A program made the translations under genes and the position numbers. The notes under the pieces were generated by a model. That model was not told the DNA's origin. It saw nothing but the letters and a program-made list of their open reading frames with translations, and made no database searches. A DNA stretch of 32,000 bases, taken from the NCBI GenBank assembly GCA_025839675.1, contig CP104013.1, positions 3,660,001-3,692,000 on the forward strand. Direction: 5' to 3'. The stretch is from Candidatus Lokiarchaeum ossiferum. Lineage in GTDB: Archaea; Asgardarchaeota; Lokiarchaeia; Sigyniarchaeales; Promethearchaeaceae. Positions 23,616-31,862 of this stretch are shown in pieces. Within the stretch, counting starts at the first letter, position 1, and each line of letters starts with the position of its first letter.

Positions 23616-23947
23616 TTTTTTTTGCACCGTATTTTTTATGTATAAGAGATGTGTTTCTAATTATATTAAGGTGTATCTAATATATAAAGATATGTATTTT
23701 TAGTGTGTATCATTTTTCTAAATTTTCTTGGTTAATTCTCTAATATCCCTAAAATCATCCAATTGTTGTAAAATAATTTTTTCTGAACAAATGAACAAAT
23801 TTATTAATAGTTCAATTCCATTTAACTTATGAAATTGATGAATAAGGAACTATGGTGAATAAGTTAACATTCAATGTTAGTGTGTATTCTATGATTCAAT
23901 AAATGTACTAAAAAAAAGCGAGAAAAATATATGCTACGAACAAAAAC

Positions 23948-24862
23948 TTACTTTAAGAGTACTTTAAGATTTCGACTAATTATTGGAAGCATGGTCTTGG
24001 AATGTTCAGGTTTAAACATCTTCAATTTATTACAGATATTCTGCAGTTTATCTTCTGGTATTGATTGATTTAAAATCATCCGGGTTTCTTCGGCCGATAA
24101 TTCTCCTAAATTTATTAAATCCTTTGCAGCTATTCTATTACCTGGACATTTATACTGACATCGTAAGCATCCCATCATAGCATTGTGTACTGAAGGTTCA
24201 ATCCATTTTGGAAACTCTCCTTCTACTTCATTATACAATGTTACACATTTTGCCACATCAATTACAAAATTTTCTTTACGAATTGCATTTGTGGGACAAT
24301 TATCAAGACAGAAATTGCACGTTCTACAATATTCCATCAGCTGTCGTTCACCCCAATAATCATCCAAAAATTCATGCTCGGTGAAAAAACCTAAAAGGGT
24401 TATAAAACTTCCCATTTCGTCAACATAACAGATATTATTACGGCCATATTTTCCGAGCCCACTTCGAACTGCTGCATTTTTCATTAAAACGCCATTAGCG
24501 CGTATCAACGGTTGAGTTGAATCTTTCAACACATCTTGCCTCAAAGAATCTTCGATCATTTCAGCTGTCACTCCATCATAATAATATTGGGGAGGTATGA
24601 ACATTGGCTGCTTGCTTTCATTATAATTAACCGTGATTCGTGCGAGCTTCGTATAAGATGCTACGATTATCAGAAATTTTGCGTTTGGCATTTCATCAGG
24701 TAATTCAAAGGTTTTGTTTTCAATATAAGATAAAAATGTCTCATTATGGCTGAGCTTATCGTCTTGCTTTAATTTGTCAATATCATCTCGTAAATCTTTT
24801 AAATGTTTCACAGAGACTGTAGTATATTTGTATTTCATGGGAATTTTTTCGATTGTTGGCAT
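23948..24862 (-). CDS. QueG/reductive-dehalogenase-superfamily 4Fe-4S protein (epoxyqueuosine reductase-like)
   Basis: 304 aa. AAVRSGLGKYGRNNICYVDEMGSFITL followed by CRTCNFCLDNCPTNAI...DVAKCVTLYNE...GCLRCQYKCPGN parallels the QueG core and its two ferredoxin-type cluster motifs. Confidence 0.6.
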   Translation of the reverse strand: MPTIEKIPMKYKYTTVSVKHLKDLRDDIDKLKQDDKLSHNETFLSYIENKTFELPDEMPNAKFLIIVASYTKLARITVNYNESKQPMFIPPQYYYDGVTAEMIEDSLRQDVLKDSTQPLIRANGVLMKNAAVRSGLGKYGRNNICYVDEMGSFITLLGFFTEHEFLDDYWGERQLMEYCRTCNFCLDNCPTNAIRKENFVIDVAKCVTLYNEVEGEFPKWIEPSVHNAMMGCLRCQYKCPGNRIAAKDLINLGELSAEETRMILNQSIPEDKLQNICNKLKMFKPEHSKTMLPIISRNLKVLLK

Positions 24863-25228
24863 GCTATTGTCACCTAAATATGAGATAGACCATTCAATAT
24901 GTTAAAAGTGTCAATAAAATAAAATGATTGTCCAATTTAAGAAAAACTCTTATGAAATATCACAAGTTCAGCCAGATTAGCCCTTCAATTTATCTTTTCT
25001 AGATCCTTTTTCATCATTCGAGGTATTATTGTAGTCCTGCTGCTAATTTTCTCAAGAATTACTTAATATTAGAATTGGTGCGAGTAATTACTTAGAAAAC
25101 AGAAATTATTCTTTAAACAAATCAACCTATTAGTTAACCAGAATATTAAAAATTCAAAGATGACCTGTGTAAATTGAAGAGCATCGTGGTTAATTTAGCA
25201 AAACTATAAGTGCTAGCTTGACGTTTTT

Positions 25229-27166
25229 CTAACGACTAAATACTCGTTCAAGTATTTTTTCCAGTTGAGGAACTTGATCTGGCTGAAGAAGATTGTTAGA
25301 TTCTGTCGCAAAAATTAATTGCTGCCAAGTTTCGCGAGAAGCGAATACATCATTAATAAATTGCTCTAGGTGTTGTTGGGCGGCAAATGTTGGACCCATA
25401 TACAGATATATTATGATTATTGGAGAATTGAAGGAAACAATTACATTGTACTTCCCAAAACGTGCTCGATCAAAGGATTCTTTAAATAGATCATTGCAAA
25501 ATGAATGAAATGCACTCATTAATCCTCCAAATAATTGATCGTCATAATTCCAATCTTTTAAAAATTGGTGCGAATATATCGTTGGACCTGATTCATTGAT
25601 GATAGACAATAAGACTGGGGTTTCACTTGGATATTGTTCATTTTCTGCAAAATTTTTCCGTAGAATTCGATCAACATGCTCTCCTAAATTTACTTTTTGG
25701 AGGCGTTTACTTAGGGGCGCTTTTTCTGCTTTCAAATTTCGCCAAAATAATTCTTCTTCTAATAAAGAATCATGATAATTAGATATATTTAGAGCCAACC
25801 GGGTTAATCCATGGGATTGGGCGATCTTTTGGGCTATGGCTAAAAATCTTCGAGAATTGTCAGGATTTAATTGAATTAGTTCTACTTTGGCCTGCAAAAA
25901 ACGTGTTTCTGCCTCAATATAGTGGGAATGCTGCTGATTCGTCTTATTAAGCAATTTATCAATTATTTTTTGAATATCATCGATAATTTCAAGATTCTCT
26001 TCAATCTTCAGTTCTTCAATGTATAAGTCACATAAATTAAGCATAACCGACAGTATTTTTTCATGTTCGAGAACATTATCTTGAATTAATTGATCAAAAA
26101 TCTCTTGAGCCTTGAATCTATCCCGCGGACGATTACTTCCTTTTAATATAAGTCCTTTACTCAGAAGAAATCTCTGTTTCACCCGCGGATTTTCCGTAGA
26201 TTCACAAATTTTTTCAAATTTTTCAAAATATGTATTCGCTTCTTCATTCCTTTTTATTTCAACCAATACCTCAATTAAATTGAGGAGAACCGTTGAGATA
26301 TCAAAATCATTACCATGGATGATATTCAACTCGAAGCTTTCTTCCAAATATTCCAAAGCCATCTCCGGATCACCTTTTTGCCAGTATACTGCTCCAATAT
26401 TGTTTAGAAGCGATGCAATTCGGTATTTATTTCCTATTTTATGTGCAATTTCGATAGCGTTTTGAAATTCAACAAGAGCATATTCTAATTCTCCGATTTG
26501 GCGATAAAGCCATCCAATATTATTATGGATGCGCGAAATTTGAGGTGGATTTTTTAATTCTTCGGCTATTTTTAATGCTTTATTAAAATTATTCAATGCG
26601 TCCTGCATATTTCCTTGACAAGTGTATAAAATTCCAAGATTTGCCTGATTTTTTGCTAAATCTGATAGAAACCCATATTTTTGAAGGATTCTCATGCATT
26701 CCTTGACCAGTTCAATCGCTTCATCGATTTTTCCTTGTTGCCAGAAAATTCCTGCTTTGGTATTGAACAATTTGGATTTTTTTAACGCATATTCTTTGGA
26801 ATCAATGTGTGGCAATGAATGGAGAACAGTGAAACTCTTTTCAATTTCGGTTAAAGCTGCTTCAAGTAATCCTTGACGAAACAAATTATCCACTTGAATT
26901 GTTTTTATTTCCATCAAAGTTAATAAGTCTTTAAGAACATAAGTCAAATCTGCAGCCTTTTCTAACACATCTTGCGATGGGATAAAGAACCCTAGTTTAT
27001 TATAAGCCGATCCTTTCATCACAATTAATTTTAAGTACTTCGGGAGATCTTCATTTTGATAGATGGTTTCAATGCTGTTAATATGAGAAATTATGCCTTT
27101 GAAATCCCCGTCTTCATACAATTTCTCTATCTTCTGGAATTCCCCTTCGAAATTTTCCATTACCAT
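25229..27166 (-). CDS. TPR-repeat protein with unassigned C-terminal alpha/beta domain
   Basis: 645 aa. Successive 34-40 aa TPR-like units (AGIFWQQGKIDEAIELVKE, LGILYTCQGNMQDALNNFNKALKIAEE, IGWLYRQIGELEYALVEFQNAIEIA, IGAVYWQKGDPEMALEYLEESFEL). The last ~130 aa are non-TPR. Confidence 0.75.
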   Translation of the reverse strand: MVMENFEGEFQKIEKLYEDGDFKGIISHINSIETIYQNEDLPKYLKLIVMKGSAYNKLGFFIPSQDVLEKAADLTYVLKDLLTLMEIKTIQVDNLFRQGLLEAALTEIEKSFTVLHSLPHIDSKEYALKKSKLFNTKAGIFWQQGKIDEAIELVKECMRILQKYGFLSDLAKNQANLGILYTCQGNMQDALNNFNKALKIAEELKNPPQISRIHNNIGWLYRQIGELEYALVEFQNAIEIAHKIGNKYRIASLLNNIGAVYWQKGDPEMALEYLEESFELNIIHGNDFDISTVLLNLIEVLVEIKRNEEANTYFEKFEKICESTENPRVKQRFLLSKGLILKGSNRPRDRFKAQEIFDQLIQDNVLEHEKILSVMLNLCDLYIEELKIEENLEIIDDIQKIIDKLLNKTNQQHSHYIEAETRFLQAKVELIQLNPDNSRRFLAIAQKIAQSHGLTRLALNISNYHDSLLEEELFWRNLKAEKAPLSKRLQKVNLGEHVDRILRKNFAENEQYPSETPVLLSIINESGPTIYSHQFLKDWNYDDQLFGGLMSAFHSFCNDLFKESFDRARFGKYNVIVSFNSPIIIIYLYMGPTFAAQQHLEQFINDVFASRETWQQLIFATESNNLLQPDQVPQLEKILERVFSR

Positions 27167-27330
27167 CCCTCATCGTTTTTAGTAAAACTACTCAACTCAT
27201 TTAAGGTATTTAGGCTATTTAAGTTCTCTCGACAGATTCAGCGGAAAACTAACATAAATAGGAATTCGACTTTCACCCTTGGGATTTACTTTTTTGGAAC
27301 TATATTGAAATTAATTGAGTGTGACTGTCG

Positions 27331-27810
27331 TCATGTTGGGGAAAAAGACTCGTCTGTTATTTTATTTATTTTATTTTTCATATTCCATTGTTCCTGGGAA
27401 AAGAAAAACAGTAAGGGAAGAACAAGTTCATACACTCCAGTCCCTATATCCGTTAATTCGTAGCTCACTCGAATAGGTTGAGTGTTTTCAATTTTTCGAT
27501 TAACGATTCCAAGATGTGCAAATTCTTTCAGACGTGTAGTTAAGGTACGAGAATTAATCTCTGGTAGTGCACGCCGAATATCATTAAAAAAAGATTTTCC
27601 TTTAATGCGGATTATGTAAATTAGATCGAGAGTCCACTTCTTTTGAAGAAATTTGAGGGCATTACCAAGAGAATCTCTTTCTTCGCGAATTCGTTTATCA
27701 TCATGAACGAAAGCTGTTAAATCTCTTTTGAGTCCTTTCGCCACCGCTTTTCGCATAACGGGGATAGTATCCCATACTTCTTTCCAAATTTCTTCCGAAT
27801 TTTTTTCCAT
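27331..27810 (-). CDS. HxlR-family winged-helix transcriptional regulator
   Basis: KKWTLDLIYII...FNDIRRALPEINSRTLTTRLKEFAHLGIVNRK...VSYELTDIG matches the HxlR wHTH core. There is a ~50 aa N-terminal extension. Confidence 0.75.
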   Translation of the reverse strand: MEKNSEEIWKEVWDTIPVMRKAVAKGLKRDLTAFVHDDKRIREERDSLGNALKFLQKKWTLDLIYIIRIKGKSFFNDIRRALPEINSRTLTTRLKEFAHLGIVNRKIENTQPIRVSYELTDIGTGVYELVLPLLFFFSQEQWNMKNKINKITDESFSPT

Positions 27811-27845
27811 ATTGGTTCTTATCCTGCTAAATGAGGTAAAAAAAA

Positions 27846-28445
27846 CTAATTCTTGATAAATTCTATGAAATAGACAAGATCGTGGATTTCTTTCTGTTTA
27901 ACGGTAAAACCACGTTCTTCTGCAAGTGAAATAAACCAACTCATCTTTTGACGGTGGATTTTTGCTCCATAGCCTGTACTGATACTGTTACCATTTGGTA
28001 AGTTGACTTTGAGATATGAAGCAATCACTTGTTTTTCAATCCCCTCAGGATAATCGAAAACAATATCCCATAAAAAGAATTTTCCTCCTGGTTTTGTAAC
28101 ACGGGCGATTTCATCCATTGTTTTATTGATATCCTCCTTAGTATGGGCAATATACATTAATGTGAAAAATGCTGTAACTGTTTCAAATGAATTGTCTAAA
28201 AATTGCATATTTCGGGCATCCATAGTAATTTTTAAAGCTTTATTATCTGTTTCTTCTAATTCCTCCTTACGAAAATCAATTGCGATAACTTGATCTCCTT
28301 TAATCTGTCCAATTATTCCTTCTCCTCCTCCTCCAATATCCAAAATCCATCCATCTTCACATTCAAAGTCCTTAACTGTTATTTCCTGCTTTTCAATGAA
28401 ATAAACCTTTTCCATTTCCTTTTCTTCCTCTTCGTGGTTTGACAT
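27846..28445 (-). CDS. class I SAM-dependent methyltransferase
   Basis: ILDIGGGGEGIIG (motif I), AIDFRKEE (motif II acidic residue) and VTKPGGKFFLWD (post-III). Substrate unknown. Confidence 0.75.
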   Translation of the reverse strand: MSNHEEEEKEMEKVYFIEKQEITVKDFECEDGWILDIGGGGEGIIGQIKGDQVIAIDFRKEELEETDNKALKITMDARNMQFLDNSFETVTAFFTLMYIAHTKEDINKTMDEIARVTKPGGKFFLWDIVFDYPEGIEKQVIASYLKVNLPNGNSISTGYGAKIHRQKMSWFISLAEERGFTVKQKEIHDLVYFIEFIKN

Positions 28446-28559
28446 GTTTTTCCCTTAGTATATTTTTTATGTTAGGTGTATATTTTAAACCTACTTTCAT
28501 TATGATGACTTTCCTATAAAAACCAAAAAGTGTTTTGAAATCCACTAAGTGAAAAAAAG

Positions 28560-28834
28560 TAAACTTACTTTTGATAAATCAGTTTCCGAGGACTTGTTTT
28601 TTTAAACGTTGGAATGCAATATTTTTTCGAATAGAAGGCATATTACTAGGTATAGGCTAGTTAAGATTTTCAAATCGCCATTTTTCATGAACCCATTGTT
28701 TTCGATAAGAATAAAAATATTCGGAAAGATCTCCAAGATCAGGGCCCAAATAATATAACTCCCTTGATATTAGGGTTGCTTAACACGAATTTAAAATCGT
28801 TAGTGATTTGCTCTATTAATTCTGAGCTAGCCAT
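28560..28834 (-). pseudogene. decayed partial duplicate of the nadE 3' end
   Basis: 28594-28619 matches nadE 28895-28920 at 25/26 nt. 28617-28632 matches nadE 29014-29028. The minus-strand translation gives ...GPDLGDLSEYF... and ...SIRKNIAFQRLKKQVLGN*, compared with NadE ...QLGDVKAFI...TIRKNIFKR...FAFQRLKKQILDN. It is broken by a frameshift, stops and a ~95-nt deletion. Confidence 0.5.
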
Positions 28835-28849
28835 ATCTCAATTTCCTCT

Positions 28850-30820
28850 TTAAACATGTGTAATATTGCCATTGATTCCAAAATTATCTAATATTTGTTT
28901 TTTTAAACGTTGGAACGCAAATGATGGCGTCCAAACAAATTGGCTCTCCCTAATATCAAATCCGTATGCACTTTTACTCACAAGTACGATAGGAGGTGAT
29001 TGAATTCTTTTGAAAATATTTTTTCGAATCGTTTTTGTGAACCATTCCAAATCGGCAATGAATGCCTTGACATCTCCCAACTGATATTTTTCAAATAAAG
29101 TAGGGGTAATTCCAAGTTTTTCGCAGAAAAATGGCTCTCCCTTTTGATACCATCGTAGAATATCTTCTGGTGTCTTTTTCTGATAATCGGTGAATGCTAC
29201 TAATAAGGCATCATGATATCCGAACTTCATGGGATCGAGTTGATTATGCTTCAGTTCTGCCGTGGGGGGTATTCCATCTTTGGTAAATGTGAAATTTTCA
29301 TCGGGAATGACTTCTGGAGGGATTAATTCTCCAAATTGCTGATTAATATCTCGAGCCATTTGAAATACTTCAGTTTTAGTTAGATCACCTATGGGTGCAA
29401 TCGCTCCGTTTACATCTCCATACAATGTTGCATATCCTAAGGCTATTTCCAATTTATTTCCATTATTTGTCATTACGCCATTATGCATCCCAGCTAAATT
29501 GGATAGTATGGATGTTCCACGGATTTTCGCTTGTATATTTTCTGCCGCCAGGGAAGGGATGGCCCCGGTTTTTTCTAACAATTTTGTATTTTCCTGAACC
29601 AACTCGGATATTGGTAATTCATAGTATCGATTAATCTTTAGATTTTCAACCAACTTGGCCGCCGAACTGCGAGTTTTGGCACTATTGTATTCCGTAGGGA
29701 GATTTGATGCAATAATTCGATCCGATCCCACTGCATGGGCGACTAATGTAGCAACAAGACTGCTATCGACACCTCCGGAGAGACCAATAATATAATTTGG
29801 TTTCCAATCCATCATCTCATCAAAGGATCGAATGCCCTGTATTATTGCTTCATATTTTTGGGTGAGTTTTGGTTTTCTCCTGTGGTAATGGATACCTCTA
29901 TCTTTAAGAGTTATGGAATGATCCACGGTGATTAATTGTTCTTGAAAGTCCTCCGCCCGATATTCGAATATCTGGCTACCAAATTGATTATAAATCGTTG
30001 ATCCTCCATCAAAAGTTATAATGTTTTTTCCATTATTTTGCACTCCACAAGCATTAACATAATAGACTGGAACAAATTGCGAGTTTAAATCTTTTTGAAG
30101 TGATTGAATTCGATTATCACGCGCTTGTTCTTTTCCAAAGGTCCAAGGGGAAGAAGAGATATTAACTATGAAATCGGCTCCATTCCGAACCAAGGTTCCC
30201 AGCGGGTTATAAGGAATTTGCCGGTTCTTATTATAAATTCTGGAATAATCTTCATACCACATATCCTCACAAATACTTAAACCAATATTGTAGTATTTAC
30301 CATCCACAGACAACTTGAATGGTTGATAAGCTTTTTCGATAGATACGCCCATTTCCTGAACTAAATCTATGAAGGGGTAAAAATATCGTTTATCATCGAA
30401 GTATCGATAATTGGGTAGAAGAGACTTAAAGGAAACTCCATTCGGAATTCCCAATGTGGAGTTTACGGGATGATTTATCGGTTGTTTGTTTTGAAAGATA
30501 TATGCTGCATTATATTTTCGAAATCTCCCATCGGTATTTCGTTTCGATTTGTCAATGAAGATATTTCCATATATAAGAATAATTCCCTCGGATGCCTCCT
30601 GTAAGATAGAATTGCATTCCATCAAATAGTCACACCATGATTCTTCTAACCAGACATCTCCGACCAGATACCCTCCCACAGCCATTTCGGGAAAAATTAT
30701 CATATCTATTTGAGTACTTTTCGCTTGTTCAATCAATTCCAGCATTTTTTGGAGATTTTTTTCGGGACGACCCGCTTTAACATTTAATTGACATAACCCG
30801 ATTTTCATTTTTTTATTCAT
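28850..30820 (-). CDS. nadE: glutamine-dependent NAD+ synthetase (N-terminal CN-hydrolase/glutaminase domain plus C-terminal NAD synthetase domain)
   Basis: 656 aa. Nitrilase-type triad context (IIFPEMAVGGY, LPNYRYFDDKRYF, GLSICEDMW). ATP-pyrophosphatase P-loop GLSGGVDSS. Confidence 0.9.
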   Translation of the reverse strand: MNKKMKIGLCQLNVKAGRPEKNLQKMLELIEQAKSTQIDMIIFPEMAVGGYLVGDVWLEESWCDYLMECNSILQEASEGIILIYGNIFIDKSKRNTDGRFRKYNAAYIFQNKQPINHPVNSTLGIPNGVSFKSLLPNYRYFDDKRYFYPFIDLVQEMGVSIEKAYQPFKLSVDGKYYNIGLSICEDMWYEDYSRIYNKNRQIPYNPLGTLVRNGADFIVNISSSPWTFGKEQARDNRIQSLQKDLNSQFVPVYYVNACGVQNNGKNIITFDGGSTIYNQFGSQIFEYRAEDFQEQLITVDHSITLKDRGIHYHRRKPKLTQKYEAIIQGIRSFDEMMDWKPNYIIGLSGGVDSSLVATLVAHAVGSDRIIASNLPTEYNSAKTRSSAAKLVENLKINRYYELPISELVQENTKLLEKTGAIPSLAAENIQAKIRGTSILSNLAGMHNGVMTNNGNKLEIALGYATLYGDVNGAIAPIGDLTKTEVFQMARDINQQFGELIPPEVIPDENFTFTKDGIPPTAELKHNQLDPMKFGYHDALLVAFTDYQKKTPEDILRWYQKGEPFFCEKLGITPTLFEKYQLGDVKAFIADLEWFTKTIRKNIFKRIQSPPIVLVSKSAYGFDIRESQFVWTPSFAFQRLKKQILDNFGINGNITHV

Positions 30821-30981
30821 ACATCCCTATTTTCCAAAGATTGATAGATATAAACGCCCCATCTGGTTAAAAAAATTTGGGATCGGATAGGAAAATTGGA
30901 AATTGAGGGGAGATTAGGTACGGAGACTGATAATCATATTTATTACAGAAGTAGTAAATATCACTTGAGGAATAAATATTT

Positions 30982-31407
30982 ATGTCAAATGCAACAGTTA
31001 GCACCATTACAGCAACCCTTTCTACAATTTTGTTAATAATTGGGATGATATTTGTGATTCGGAAAATAATTACTAGGAAAACTCAGAAATCAAATTCTGA
31101 ACTATCTGCAATTAAATCAAAAAAAATTCTTTATAATCTTCACATGTCTACTACCGCTCTCGCCACGATCTTGGGATTTGTCCATGGGTTTACCGTTGAG
31201 ACAATTAATCAAACCTATGTTATCACCGGATGGATTTTGGGTTTTTCCATGATAGTGATGACAAGTCAAGGCATCTTTCTTGGATTTCAAAATAGATGGC
31301 ACCCATTTTCGGAAGAAGAAGATCAAAAATATAAATATAGTCGAATAATTAAATGGATTTTAACATTTATAATGATTATTGCCTTGGTTGGGCATTTCGT
31401 TTTCTAA
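30982..31407 (+). CDS. small integral membrane protein, about 4 TM segments, function unknown
   Basis: 141 aa with four hydrophobic stretches and His residues inside or near the TM segments (FVHGF, VGHFVF). No family recognised. Confidence 0.55.
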   Translation: MSNATVSTITATLSTILLIIGMIFVIRKIITRKTQKSNSELSAIKSKKILYNLHMSTTALATILGFVHGFTVETINQTYVITGWILGFSMIVMTSQGIFLGFQNRWHPFSEEEDQKYKYSRIIKWILTFIMIIALVGHFVF

Positions 31408-31413
31408 GAATGG

Positions 31414-31428
31414 TTTTTTTTTTTTTTT
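31414..31428. terminator. T15 tract between convergent genes
   Basis: 15 consecutive T start 7 nt after the TAA of the 30982..31407 gene. The tract lies between convergent genes. On the minus strand it reads A15, so it does not provide an oligo-T signal for the 31444..31803 gene. Confidence 0.45.
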
Positions 31429-31443
31429 CCCCACTGGAGATTT

Positions 31444-31803
31444 TTACTTCTTTTTTCTTTCCTCATTCTCCCTTTCTGCAATGATGTCTTCTGCCATATC
31501 TGGAAATAGTTTCCTTAAACATGAATCACAATAGCCATGACTGAACCCAGTATCCGTTTTCTCAGTAATGTATTGATCAATTTGCATCCACGCGCCTTCT
31601 TCGGTGAAAACACTTTTACAATTCGAGCATATCACTAAGAAGGATTTTAGAATCTTGATTTCTGAATTTTTTTTCTCCAATTCATCATTTAGCAATTGAA
31701 GATGTTGGTTTTTTTTATGTAAATCTCGTTGGACATTCACCAGCTCGTTATTAAGCTTCATAAGCTCGGTAAGATATTCTTCTTCAGTTTTTTTTGGCAT
31801 CAA
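31444..31803 (-). CDS. coiled-coil protein with C-terminal Cys4 (CxxC...FSHGxCxxC) putative metal-binding module
   Basis: 119 aa. The N-terminal heptad-like region is LTELMKLNNELVNVQRDLHKKNQHLQLLNDELEKKNSEIKIL. It is followed by ICSNCKSVFTEEGAWMQIDQYITEKTDTGFSHGYCDSCLRKLFP. Confidence 0.6.
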   Translation of the reverse strand: MMPKKTEEEYLTELMKLNNELVNVQRDLHKKNQHLQLLNDELEKKNSEIKILKSFLVICSNCKSVFTEEGAWMQIDQYITEKTDTGFSHGYCDSCLRKLFPDMAEDIIAERENEERKKK

Positions 31804-31862
31804 GCAGTCATTCCTAAATCATCATTAGATGATCTTTAAAATATTGGAAAAAAAAGTAACGA

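Larger units (their letters stand above)
23333..23625. repeat. tandem direct repeat, ~2.7 copies of a 106-107 bp unit
   Basis: Units start at 23333, 23440 and 23546 (tttagtagtattgggtt[t/c]gggttgagactaagctccaga...). Only a handful of substitutions and one small indel separate the copies. The third copy is truncated near 23620. Confidence 0.9.

Noticed and set aside
23333-23625. CRISPR array interpretation of the tandem repeat.
   Set aside because: The units are contiguous 106-107 bp copies with no unique spacers between short repeats. There are no cas genes in the window.
27056-27463. 135-aa plus-strand ORF spanning the TPR-gene start, the intergenic region and the HxlR-gene end.
   Set aside because: It overlaps two well-supported minus-strand genes in antisense. 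Its product is low complexity with no recognisable motif. The same reasoning applies to 25293..25508, 26112..26465 and 26694..26876 (antisense to the TPR gene), 29391..29597 and 29395..29634 (antisense to nadE), and 31117..31326.
21505-28500. Possibility that the minus-strand accessory block (Prx to methyltransferase) is a mobile element or defence island.
   Set aside because: I recognised no integrase, transposase, terminal inverted or direct repeats flanking the block, tRNA attachment site, toxin-antitoxin, restriction or Cas-like genes. The contents look like redox and regulatory housekeeping genes plus unknowns.
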